Assembly (NCBI RefSeq): GCF_003704095.1
Contig: NW_020846475.1
Span: forward strand, 620,001 to 684,000
Reading direction: 5' to 3'
Length of the DNA stretch: 64,000 nucleotides
Source of the DNA: Pocillopora damicornis
Taxonomy: Eukaryota
Both the position numbers and the translations under genes were made by a program. Positions 35,601 to 49,042 of the stretch are shown here, piece after piece. The first letter of the stretch is position 1. Every line of letters begins with the position of its first letter. The notes beneath the pieces were generated by a model. The model worked only from the letters and a program-made list of their open reading frames with translations. It did not search any database and was not told the DNA's origin.

Positions 35601-38600
35601 ACTCTTTCTTTAGAGGAAGCGAGCGATCTCGAAGCTTTGTTTAAAGACGCCATGGTTACTCGATTGGATAGTAGTGAAGGTAATAGAGTAATTTTGCGCC
35701 CTAATGAAGGGCTAACGCTCGAAACTGACGTCGGCTTTGAAACTCTTAACGGTGGCCAATTTTACGTTATCAACTCAGCTGATAATACGAAAGATCCTGT
35801 TATACTATCGCACCGACACAGCACTTTTAGACACAGCAGTCTTTTAGAAACTTGCCCCCTTTGAAGGTAATAGACACTGATCATTTTACATTCGGTATAA
35901 CATGGTTGGCGAAGTATTTGCGTCAACTGTTATGCTATGCTTCATGTGACCTTAATTTCGGTTGTCTTGATTTAATTTTCGCCAGATGAAGACGTTCAGT
36001 GGCATGACGCACAAGAGTACCTTCCAGAAGAAAGGTGGGTCATTAGGTTTGCCATTGGTTCTGATAAGGCCGGAAAGTAATTTTTTTCCTTAACGTCTCT
36101 TGTATGATATAAAATGATTGGGTATTGGATACAATTTTCAGCAGAAGAAACAAACGAATAAGAGTGTTGGTATCATCAAAGAGTGAGTTTTTAAAAAGCT
36201 TTTATAGGTTACTATTCCTAGCCTTGAGTGACATGTTTAGTTACATATTTCTGCGAAAAACTTGAGTTTGGTCATATGAGTCATGCTTGCAGAATGGTAA
36301 TTTCGTGGTATGGTGGGTTATACTACGAGTCAAAAAAAAAAAAAAAAAGAAAGATTGAGGTAGAAAGGAAAAAGGAGAATTGAAGGAAATTTATAGTTTT
36401 GCAGACTTTGAATTAACCAATCAAAAACACACTCTTTGGGTAAAATTTTTGTATTTTTGATATGTCACGATTACACATTTTGATTCATTCAGTCCTGAGG
36501 ATGGCCACATTCATCCCGTTGAAGCGCATGAAGTCGACAAGATCAAATTAGCAGGAGATTTCACCATTGAGAAGGTATTTTCGGGGTTATTCCATTTTCA
36601 CCATAACAAACTTTATTTAACGACAAATTCACTATCTGTTTTCGCGAGGCGACCTCGTGTGCATAGAAGTTAACGAAGAAGGAGCCTTTTCGTTTCACGA
36701 TAGTTTATACGCATGCCTCGACTTCGACACTTCAAAAGGTACTCTGTTAATAGTTATGGGACATTTTGATAAGAACTCAAAGCATCACAAACAAGACAAA
36801 AAACAACACAAAAAGGCAAAAGAAACGCGAACAAAAAAGAAAAAGGAATCAAACAAGCAAAAACAAATCTACGGAAAAAAACAAAGTCAAAAGCACAGTT
36901 GACAATGTTTATGTACTCTACTCGCAACAGTTTTATGTGGAGTTCATCTTAATGTAACCTGGCTTTTTTCAGCTTCTTATCACTGTGGACAAAGCAGATG
37001 AACAAAAAGCTGTTGGTAATCCATATTTATCTCTGGAAATACGGGATGTTGGCACCGATTTGGTCGTTCATTCGTGGGACATTCATGCCAAAGTTAAAAT
37101 TGGGTTTATGCAGCTCCTTGATAACCACTGGAAAGGTGAACTTAAAAAAAAATTATTATTTTATGTAGTCGTGGTGGATATGAGGTGGTAAATAGCTAAC
37201 GAAGGACTTAGCGCAGAGCGGGATATCACCCATGCAGCTCAACTCAACAAGCATGAGAGGTTGTCAGTTGATAATCCAATGAAATAGTTGAAAATCGGCC
37301 ATGAAAAAACTAATCTTCTGACGTATACACTTAAATAACTTGAAATAAAATTCTATGATTCTTTCTTCCTGGATACAGACGTTGATGGTAGCAACCTTTG
37401 CGTGTTGAATTCGTCAGCCACAGATGACTGGATTACCGTCAGTTACGTCAAGGTAAATTCTAAATTTCATTGTTGTTCTAGTAGTGGGAGCTTCGCTTCA
37501 GAGCACATCTAATTTTGTCTATTGCTGCCGTTAAAAAGTTTAAATGAAATTATGACTCACCACGTAGATTTTAAAGAGTAACCTCATCTTCCCCTAAATT
37601 GGCTTTAAATTCGCGGTCGTACTGAGCAACTAGGCCGCTTACCAGTGACATCACAGATTATCGCCTCTTTTCTTGTCGTTCTCAAAGCGACCTGTTTAAA
37701 AAGTAAGGAGACATAAGAAGAGGCATTTTCCTTTTCAATAAAATATATTTCTTCTGATGAGCACAGTAGAAGCTGTTTGTGAACAGTGCGTTTAGAATTT
37801 TCATGAGCGGCCAGGTTACAGAGGTTTTCAAAATGGCAGCGCTTAAGTCGAACTGTTAGCACCATGGAAGATCATTTTCGATTGATTTTTATAGCATACA
37901 TGTAATTCACCTTTAATTTTGTTTTAAAAAAGAGACGCAGGTGTTCTTTAACTTGCTATAAGTAAACTCGAAGTTTACTGTGTATGTAGCGCTCATAATA
38001 TAAGATGCTGATTATCGTAATGGTTTTTTTCCATTGAATTTTTTTTAGGCTGATCCATCAGGCCCAGAGTTCAAAGAAAAGTTTCAGTCAATTGAGCAAT
38101 TGATTGAAATGAGGTTCAGCTCGTTAAAAATGACAGCCAAACAGGAAGCTATTGCAAGTTTCCAAATACTTGTCCTGAGTCTGTTTCAAAGGTAACCGTA
38201 GGGCCAGCATTTTTAAATGCACTTACTGGTGTTAAAACACTCTAATATCGAAATACCTTTTGTTTGCTTGAGTTAGAAAGATTTTCAAAAATACCTTCAT
38301 TTTTATTTAAGTGTCTCAGATAAAATATCTAAAAGAAAAAACATTGAGGCGAATTTTGCAGCTTTTGCAGCTTCTTACAGATTAATTACAATAATGGGTG
38401 ATTTGAAAATGGATGAAGTAAAGTGGCAATTGAACTTCGTGTCTTGCAATTTTGGTCTGAAATCAAATGTGAAATCACACGGATGATTTTAGACCAAATT
38501 TCACTCCACTCAGTTCAATTACCATTAGTTATTGATTTCTATATGGGCTTTGCAGCGAACCTGAGTGGCCAACTATTCCTCAGCGGTTTCTGGAGACAAT

Positions 38601-41600
38601 CATGGAGGAAGATCACCCTGATGGCTCGGTTGGCAGAGGTATTGCTCTAACATTAATAGAACAACTAATCCTGGGCTGCTATGTTCTTTTTTACTATGCC
38701 CTGTGACTGCTTAATCGCAGTCGTGCTGTTAGCCTATGCTTTGACCAGCCACTGTGACTGCTTTTGAGTTGTGGTTTTTAAGACATTCATTCCAAAAGTC
38801 GCCCCGGGCTGTTAATGCTTCTGTCAAAATCGGTGACTGGGTAGACATGCTTTGGAATAAATTCCGTTCTGTTGTTTTATAGAACTTGTGAAAGGTGTAG
38901 ATGAAGAAAAGAAGGCTCAAAGTGATACTGATGTTGTCAACTTTAAGATTGTGGCAAAAATAGAAGAAGTTACTGTAATTCTCAGTTCAATGGATCGCCA
39001 TGTTGGAAAGATGGATGTTACAGGTTCGTAGCTTCAGTCCTCACTGTCTCTTATGGATATTTCTTGAGGCGGAAGATTTACTCACCTCAGATTGTTTTTT
39101 TTTTGGCGAACAGGTCTTGATGTCAGCGTAGATGTAGTTCCCGCTGAGGTGAACATAACAACCAAGTGAGTGCACCAATTGTCCTCGAAAGTATGAAGGT
39201 TGTCCAATACACCCAAATTGAGTAGATTCGTCTAAGGCAGCCTTCGAGTCTACCTGCTAGAAGTCAGAAACGAGTCAGATTGGGTGTGTTGGACATGTAT
39301 GGGAGGTCTCACTCTTTTCCTTTTTTACGAGAGTAAAAACTTAAGATAGGCCTCGCGTTAATCACGACAGCTATTGAGGAATACAAATTTTATTACTGTA
39401 CTAGATAAATCTCGCCTTTGCACTAGAAGGAATAAGTTTTCAGTTTCCTATCTCTGCCACGAAACGTCTCAAAAAATGGCCATTTTTCTGTTACGAGAGA
39501 GTAGCAGATGTGATTTGCAATTGTTGTCGTTCATTTTTATATCGGATTCAAATTTTACCTTAATTTCCCGGTTTTCAGTTTCCTACCAATGTTGGGAAAC
39601 AAAGGAACAAAACTGTTTAGGTATAACGATCATTTTTGTTTTCCAGGTTGAAAGACTTGGATATTAAAGATCTTACAGACGGAACGTTGTATCCTCAGGT
39701 AAGATTGAGTTGTTTGAACTTGTCTATTTAGAGGCGACAGTTTTCAGTTGAGTTTCGAAAAACCAAAACCAAAGTATTCTTAATTGCCAGTTAGAACGAA
39801 GGTCGACGTCGTCGTCAGCCGATGAGATATGAAACGCAAGTGCCCGAATCACGAATAATTTTAATTGTGAATCCGATTGGTTGAGAAGGTGATGTACGTT
39901 TTATGGACTAATCACAGAACGAGGTTATGCAAAACTTAATCAATCATGAAATACTTTCGACACAATTGAAAACTGCTCTAGCATAACAACAGTTAGACAG
40001 ACGATTTTGATGCCTTCTCTTGTAGGGGATACTTCATTTTTGATACTTGTAGTTATTATTAGATAGATAGATAGATAGTTTATTTATCCACATAACGCCT
40101 AGGAGCATTCAGTATACTCATTTACAATGCGCACGTGCAATTACAAAATCCTGAAAATAATGAAAATTACATAAGTATAAAAGACTATAAACAATCATGT
40201 GCAGGGCACATTAACAAATTCCTTTTATGGTGCTTAGCGATAAATAAACGGTACAAGGTTGAATTTGTCTATTATACTTCTAAAAGTATTCACATTACCA
40301 GCAATTCTAGCATTGCTCGGTAAAGTATTCCAAAGGTGGCTGGCTATGGATGCAAAGGAGTTAAGGAGCCACTTGCTATTAAAAAAATTATTTGTTGTGT
40401 CTAACTCAAACTGTAGATGTATGAATTTTTCTCATCCATTAAACAGATTTTAGACTTGGCGGATAACACAGTTTTTGACTGCAAGGTTAGTTGAATATCC
40501 CATCAAACATTTTTTGGCACAGCTACCGATACAGGTTGAAAGTTTAACAACGTTTTGATAAAGAGTATTATGACCCGAATTTTTTTCCTTTTTTTTGTAC
40601 AACGTTAAGGTAACCATATTCAACAAGTCCTTACAAGGAGCCATTGCCGACCAGGATCCGACAGCTCTCGATTTCTCAGTCAACGTAAAACTTGGAAAAC
40701 TCCGATTTGTATTCCTTGGCTATTTTGTAGCTCATCTTCAGGTTAGTGAGATGTTTCTGCCTCAAGTTAGATTTACGTATATGAATCCTTTGTGGAACTT
40801 GTGTGGATGAATAACGAAGGCAAACACGCAGTTTTCTCTTCTCTTCTGGTTTCAGAATTTTCTTCAAGCAATTGCAAGTCCAGAAACAGTTGCATATGCT
40901 CAGGAAGTAACCCAGAAAGCAGTTCTGAACCAGGTGAAACCCATAATTAACAACGTGCGGTCAAAAAACCAACGACAAGAACGATAGTAAAAACGTCAAC
41001 AACATTAACTCTTTAACTCCCAGATCAAATTTGTAATTCTCTCTAATGTCAACCATATAATCCTTATAATATTAGTTCAGAGAATTTAGTAGTGGATCAA
41101 CCAATTATCCCCAAATTAATATATTTCTTTATTCTCACCACTTATCTGCTTGATATCGTATTGATATTTTTTTGGAGATATTCTGTCTTCGTCACTAATG
41201 GGAGTTAAAGGGTTAACAACTTCTACTAGATAGTATTTGGCGACTGTGATCTGCTTTTAATCTTTTTGTTTTTGAAAGCGGTCGCAGACTCGTACATGTT
41301 GAAATAGTTTCAGTTTTTTCATTCTCACTCAATTGTTTGCTTCACAGTTCTGCAAAATTAATAGTGGCTGCTTGTTGCCTTGTAGCTTAATCAGCAATGG
41401 AAGAAATATCTTAGGCTGCATGTATTCCGGCTTACAATCTTTGGGCTATTTGTAACGGGTCACCTGTTCGGTATCGGTGCTATTTGGCTCACTGGCCTAT
41501 TCTAACTTGCTTTTTAGGTTCAGCAAATCCAAAAACAGGGAGCTAAGATTGGATTGAACATTTTTGTAAATGCACCACAAATCATCATCCCTTGCAATTC

Positions 41601-44600
41601 AAGGTCGAGCGAAAAACTCGTTGCAGACCTCGGACAATTGAATGTTAGTAATTCTATAATCAACTCATCTCAATATGGACTTCTTGATCGCATGGATGTA
41701 CGATTCAGTTCATTTCAAGCCTCAGGGTATGTCCCACATTTTATATTTCTTTGAGAAATAGTCGTTGAAATTCAATCTAGTGTACAAAGATTAAGATTTA
41801 AAATTTATCACTCTTCGTATTTTTCGTAGATCTGTACCAGGAAACGTAAAGTTACGGACGTTTTGGCTTACGATTGGCATCTATGAAATCAATTTTATAT
41901 CACTCCTCAAATTTATTTTACCATATAGTTCTAGTGCGTGGTCCTTATCTCTCCAGTCCACAGTTTTGAGAACGATTGGGACGACCCGAGCGATATCTGG
42001 AAACTGGGCTTAAGTTGAGCTCATACTTTTCACATTTTACTCGTGTGGTGCTATATTGATAAACTTTCTTGTATCCTTCGAAGAAACATGATTCTTTTGA
42101 TTCCATATTTTTCTGTTACTTAGCTATTCTCAAGTGGAAAAACATCTCAGTGAGTATTTGATTGAACCAGTCGAGTTGAAAGTCATTGTAAAGAGAAGAC
42201 TGGGGCTGGATAAGAGCGATCTCCCTTTGATTGAAATAGAGGGGAGTTTGGAGCTGTTTAAGGTAAACATCTGACCATTCACAGGATATTACTGTGTATC
42301 CCGCAGTTTATTGAAAAGCGCCTTTTACAGGCAAGATTTCCTTGACAAGCTTTCCTTTGACAACTTTTCTGGTTCGGTCTTTATAGATGGGATTAAAAAA
42401 ATTATGAATAGAATGAATATAATTTAATTCATTTTTATTTCTAGATGAACCTGGGAGTGAATGATTTTCAGATGTTGATGATGGTTTTGAACGATAATTT
42501 GTTGGAAGGCCAGAACGGTAAGTGTCATTTTTGACTAATGTGCAATTGTATTTTCACTGCTGCTGTAGGTAAAAGTTTTTAGTATGAAACAACTTCACAC
42601 AATTGTAATGTGTTCTCTACGACTTAATAAAATATTTTGCTCAATCTCTAGTGCTCGTGAACATAATTTTATTTTTGATGTGTCTTGTTGGTCATCTTTT
42701 TAAAGAACGTACACCTGCATCTAAAACTGAAGACATGAAGAAAGAGGAGGAACAGAAGGACGATCCTCCAGACAACACTGATGCCAAGTCTATGGATGAA
42801 GTAACAAATATTAAATGTCTCTTCAAGCTGAATAAGGTTTGTATTAGTGTACCTTTTCTACGGGGGTTTATTGTTACTCCTTTCCAATATTTTTGTGGGT
42901 AGTGCACCATAAGTACACTCCTTGTATTTGCGTCGGCTGTCAGTGAGTGGTATTCCTCAAAAGCACTACCCATGTTAGTACCGCACTGGAGGTTTCGTCT
43001 CATTTAAAGGAAAGTTGGGAAAATAAGCCTCGGCTCTCACAAGCCGTGACATAGATAAGAAGGGAGCTTACGCATTCACGATCTAATCAAGCCGCGATTT
43101 CTTAAAAACGTGAAACCGAAGGCATGAATAAAGTGACACTTGGTTGCTGACCATGCAAACCATATACTGTGCAGGCGTAGATGTCATCACGCATGCGTTT
43201 TCTTGTACTTGCTTACATTCGAAATTGAGGGGAGGGGAGGGGAGGGGGGCGAGAGCGGTCGAAATCAACATTAATAGGGATTTAGGCGAAGGCAACCTAG
43301 GGGAGAGCTCATGTAGGCTGCGCTTGCGTTTACAATAGCTGTAGGATATTTCCTCGTATAAATGGCCCTTTAATACAAAGGTATGTTCTGACTTTTCCCG
43401 CTCTTATTTACCTTTTCTGTATGGTCCTTTTTAGTTTCAAGTTAGTTCGCCCAAAGTTGTTGATGGTGTCTGTAAGCCATATTTGGTTCTTGAAACAACC
43501 AACTTGAGTGCCACTGTCACCATGGAAACATGGATCCTCAATGCATCTGCAAAGCTTGGAGCTATTGAGCTCGTCGATCATTTGAACAAAGGTATTCCAA
43601 GTGTTTGAAAAGATAGGTGGAAACATGTCAATTAAATTACATGTTTGGTTCACTTTTTGTGTCTCTGTTAGATCTTGAGGGTAGAAGGGTTATTAAATAG
43701 CTGTTGGCCCGGTGACGGAGTTTCAATTACAATCCTTCATTTGGCTTGAATTGTTTAGCAGACGTAGAAGTGACTTTTGTAGATCCGTGTAGTACTCTTA
43801 ACTTTTAGAGTAGCTTCACGAGTTACCAATACTTACTCACAAAACACGACCATAGGAAAAATGAACGTTAACAAATGATATGCAGTTTTGTGTAAAAAGC
43901 AATGACGGTGAAAAGACTCCGTCGTGTTTGTAAAACATTTTTACTCCTGGCCTCGGTTGTTCAAAGGGCAGATAACGCTCTCCACTGGATAAATCGCTCT
44001 CCGGTGGATAACGCAGTAAGTTTTGTTAACAGTTATCCGCTGGATAGTGATTTATCCGTTGGATATCGTTATCCACCCTTTGAAGAACTGGACTCTGATG
44101 TTTTGTGTTTCTTTAAGGTGCGGATGGTTCGCCAGTAAAATTTTTGTCTTCCTCTCAGGATACAGATCTTATTTCTGTTTCATACAAAAGGGTGAGTGAA
44201 ATGACGCCCAGATAAGAAACTTTAACTGAACATCATTCTTTGGGGAGGCAGGAATTACTTGATGGGTTGTATGTTTTCCTGCCCTGCCAAACCTGACTCA
44301 GTCAATACGCATTGTATCGTATGTCTGTCGCTCTCCTGTATTCTTTCTGTTCGCATTGCACTGGGCTAGACGGCGTTTTCAGGCCGTACCTCCGCTATCT
44401 CGAAATGTTTGTCAATAGTAAAAGTTCTCGCAAGGCCGTACGGGTGACATGTTAAATTATGGTACTTTATGTATAAGACGTTGTCACAGAAGAAGTGTTA
44501 GATGCTAGATTATTACTTTTACTGTTTTTCAAAGGTTGATCCCAGATGTCCAGAATTTAAATCGACATTCCGCACCGTAGAGCAGCAAATAAACGTCAGT

Positions 44601-47600
44601 TTTTCAACGCTGAAAATAGATTGTCTTCAAAAAGCTCTGATGGATTTGCAAATGCATGGCCTTGCTCTTCTGTCGAGGTAACACAATACAGATACCGTAA
44701 TTATTCTAATAGACCAGTAATAAGATAACAATATATATTATTTTTTCAATAATATAGTAAATTGTTAACGCTCTTGCAAAGAGATGCTCAGGTTTTTGTT
44801 TCTCCAGCTAGTGCTTTCTAAAGAAGCCAACTAATGAAACATTTAAAGCGAATGCTCAGAATTTCTCTGGTAACCATTACGCTCTCCCGTGTCGCTTTGT
44901 GGTTTAAATGTATAGTTATTTTAGTCTTATCATTAAAGTAAGAAAGAAAGCTATTTTTTTAATTACTCCAAAGTCATCGTCTTATTCTTAACTTTCTTAA
45001 AACTTCCTTCATCAGAAGCGTATTAGCAGTAATTACACTTGAAATGCAATATCAACTTAGTTTTGTTTACTTACCGAAAATTTTCCTTTTTTTTTTTTTT
45101 TTAAATTGTAGTTTAGGAGAGTCATCAAGCGCTCAGAAGCCAGACAGTGCGATTAATACTGATTCAGAGCAGAAAGTACAAAGTGTCGTGAGCCTGAAGT
45201 TGAACGCCGAACTGTCAGAAGTTGATGTTCTTGTCAGGATCTCCCATAAAAATCTGGCGAGAGTCAAGGTTCAAGGTACGTGTTCACAACATCTTATTTC
45301 AGTTGCCATTAACTCCAGAAGCTACTGACTGGAAAAGGCCTTTAACTACATAGGACAGGCGCAATTGTCTCTAACAGAAATAAAGTTCAACATGGCAGTA
45401 CAGTTTCTTTCAACAATTAGCTTTTATCGTCGCGGTTGATTTGACCTCCTTTAGAGTGATCCTAAGAAAAACACTTTGTAGGCTGCGGCATACCCTTGCA
45501 ACTCTAATTAACGTTCTACTTCAGGTTTAACTGCAGAATTTCTTTTGTGGGATGACGGAATTGTTTTAAAGTCCAGGTGAGTCTTGTTTTGTTAACTGCT
45601 TAACCCTTTGACTGCTAAGAGCGACTAACATCTACTTTCTCGTTACAATACCACCCCTGAATCACACATAAAGGTCACGAGAATACAGGAAATGATCACC
45701 AACTAAACAAGCTCTTGACTGGTGAACAAATTCTCCTTATCAGCACCTAAGGAAATGTACAGAGAACCGTATGGAGAATATGCATACTGATGTTAGGGTG
45801 TTTACGGTTATTGGCTTTGGGTCAAGAAAATTGATTTAGTCGAAGTTGGGAAAGGGCTGGGTTAGGTTCTGCACGTTGCCATTTTCATTGTGGAAAGAAA
45901 GGTATCAGTGAAGCATTGCAGTTATCTTGATAAACCATAACATACACGTTGCAGTGGAGTGACACTATTTTCCATCATTATTTTTTCATTGTAGGCAGAA
46001 TGATCTCTCTGTGGTCGACCTGAATAGCCAAACCTATTATCCCAAGGTAAAATTTTTTAAATAAGGTGTTTGCTGTTTAAGTATTTGGCGTGTCCAGGAA
46101 TGAACGTCGATGAGATTTATATACTGTCCATTTAGAGATCATCAATTGTCCTCACTGTTAAAATCCAACAAAGGACACTTCATTGTGTTAAAAATGAGCT
46201 ATATAAAGACACTTATCGGATATAGATTTATCAAAAGTACACACCAAATCCATGTAATATTTACGTTGAATCCTGAGAATAATTGTGTTCTCCAACCTGC
46301 ATAAGGGTTTCAATGTTGTGTTTTGTAAACTCAATTACATATTTACGTGTTGTGGGATAGAAATGATTAGAATTAGCTACACATCTGCATGCATTCGGAC
46401 GCTCGTAAAGGTATGATTGAAGCACAGGTTGAAGATTTCATATGCAACTGAATTTTTTTTTGGATTAAACGGGAATAACTCCTGTGAGGATCTGATGAAA
46501 TTTTTGGACACTATCCCTATGAAAAGTTTAAGGGTTAACAGGTTATTCCTAGAACTTCCTTTTAAATGAGATATGACTTAAACACAAACATTGTTTTATT
46601 AATTATTGCTTTGCGGTAACAAAAAGCAGTGATTTTAATATTTATTCCTTTACTTGCAACGTCAGATTATCTCTGTGGAGAATGAAAATGTCTTTGACTT
46701 TGAGGTATGATTAACTTCCTCTTTTCACTTCGTAGCGATGTCTTTGAAATTAATTCTTGTCAGAAACTTTTATGTAGACTATGCATCGTGGTCAAACATT
46801 TGTGAGTTTGTTGTGTGTGCGGCCAGAAACCTGAGTTACCATAAGTTTGTTGTCCAAAATGGCGGCGCCCGAAGTCGAGTTCTTAACACATTTCTCGACA
46901 GTGTTCGACAAGGTATTATTGGAGTCTATCACCGCAGGCGAAAGAAAAAATTTTAACATATCTTTACAACTGCAGGGTAAAACTACGTGATTTTTGAGCT
47001 TCAATGTAAGCTCTCCTTAAAGGAAAAGTAATCGCAATGTTGCCAGTTTTCAATGCAAATGAAATACCTTTACCTTATGCAATTGATATGATAACTTCAT
47101 GATGAAGTATCTCTCTTCCAGTTTAAATATTTCAACAAAGGAAATCTTCCCAAGAGTGACCCAAGTCCTGCTGACCTTACACGACCGGATGGGAACCTTG
47201 AGTTAAACATTGGGAAAATAAACATCGTCTTTTTGTATCGATTCATAACGGAATTGATGGTGAGTACTTCAGTTTTTTGTGCAGAAAAATTTCCTCTATT
47301 GAGCTGCTGCAACAAAACGTTGCGGCAGTTATCAGTTAGGCGGAAAAAATTGGATTGTTAGAAGTAAGTTTAATGGAAAACAATGCCGTGAGGTTGACAA
47401 GTTGCGTTTAGCCGTATAAAACACGATGCTAGACTGTGATTGGCTGAGTGACCTTGATCATCTGTGATTGGTGCATGTTTATCTTAGCTGTATTGGTGAG
47501 TTGTGCGGTCGACTGGCTGCTGGTTTACAGCCCTGTTTTTTCGTTTAACTTTTCGTGAGTAGTGAGACAAACAATAATACTTCGTTATTTAAGTGGAAAA

Positions 47601-48997
47601 GCAGCACTCGGCACTAGTAAGAATGCATCTGTAGTAGTATTAGAAAAAATGTTATCTGTACTCTTTTTTTTTAACTCCATCTATTGCTTCTTTTCCAAAG
47701 CAATTCGTTGAGCCTTTAACAAGTCCTCAGTCAACTCAGTACGTACAAGAAACAGCACAAAGGGCAGTTACAGAACAGGTAACTTCATGTGTTAAGTTTC
47801 TATTAGAGTTGCATTGACAACAGCGCCTTAGCCCTGTTCTCTTTCGCAGTCTCCTCCTCGTCTTTTTGTCACACTCTTGGCATTATTACCCTCCCTCCCC
47901 TCCCCAACCTTCTCATCAATATTATCTCTCCCTTTTCTTTTTGTCCATGATCCTCGACCGGAATATTTTATTTTCTAATTTCATTGATCCAAAGCTATTG
48001 TCAGGACACATAAGGGGGTAGGTTGCTGAAGTAACTGTGGTGCTGCGTTGTTGGAGAATATTCCAAGATAATTTGGCTCTGTCAACTGAATTGATGATGA
48101 AAATTGGCCACCGTAAAGTTTTTCTAAAGGTGACGTTTTTAACGTTTGCCCTTCGTCTGGGCGAATAAAATTGTGATGCATTTTGCGATGTATTTTGCTT
48201 ATTGAGGTACCGTTAAATGTGATATTTAAGGTGGAGTCCATCCATAGTCAAGGAACTCGCATCGGCTTAAAAGTGGCCATCAGTGCCCCTCTTGTGATCA
48301 TTCCACGTCACTCTCGCTCAGCGGATATGCTTATTGTTGATCTTGGACATTTGGATCTTCAAAATGAATTTGATGTTCTCCCTACATCACTGAACGACGA
48401 GAACAAAGAGGCTGTATTCGATATAATGGAATTGTCTCTTCAATCGCTGCAACTAGCGAGGTGAGATAGTGACGATGTTGGCTAATAAAGGTCTTCAAAA
48501 TAGAAATAGCGATGATGGAATTTATAAACAGTTATGTACGAGAAACAGCTAGGTATTGATTTTACAAGTGGATAGAGTTCTATTGGTGTTTTCTCATTTA
48601 GATTCAATGTGCGTAAAGGTGAACTTTGTCCTGAGAAGACTACATGAAATATCAGAAAAGAAAAATGACGTTACTCATAGTAATGAAATATTATCGTCTG
48701 TCTCACGATATCGTCGTTTCCGATGTGGATTGCGACGTTTCGTAAGTCTTCTTCAGGCGATAAAGAAGACTTTCAGTACCCAATCCAAACGTCTCAATCC
48801 ATGTACGAAGTGATCTCGTCGTGAACCAAACGATAATACAGCAGGTAATTTAGTGTTAACGACTGAGTTGAAAACGTAAATTAGCCACCGTAAAGGGTAA
48901 AAAAACTGACGTTTCGAGCGTTAGCCCTTCGTCAGAGCAATCGCGGTGGCTAATTTACGTTTTCAACTCAGTTGTTAACACTAAATTACCTGCTATA

Positions 48998-49042
<45 letters not shown>

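Noticed and set aside
36058-36080. Hammerhead-like CTGATAAGGCCGGAAA
   Set aside because: Core box mismatched and no supporting stems I or III.
36657-36957. Lys-rich ORFs
   Set aside because: A-rich low-complexity intron sequence.
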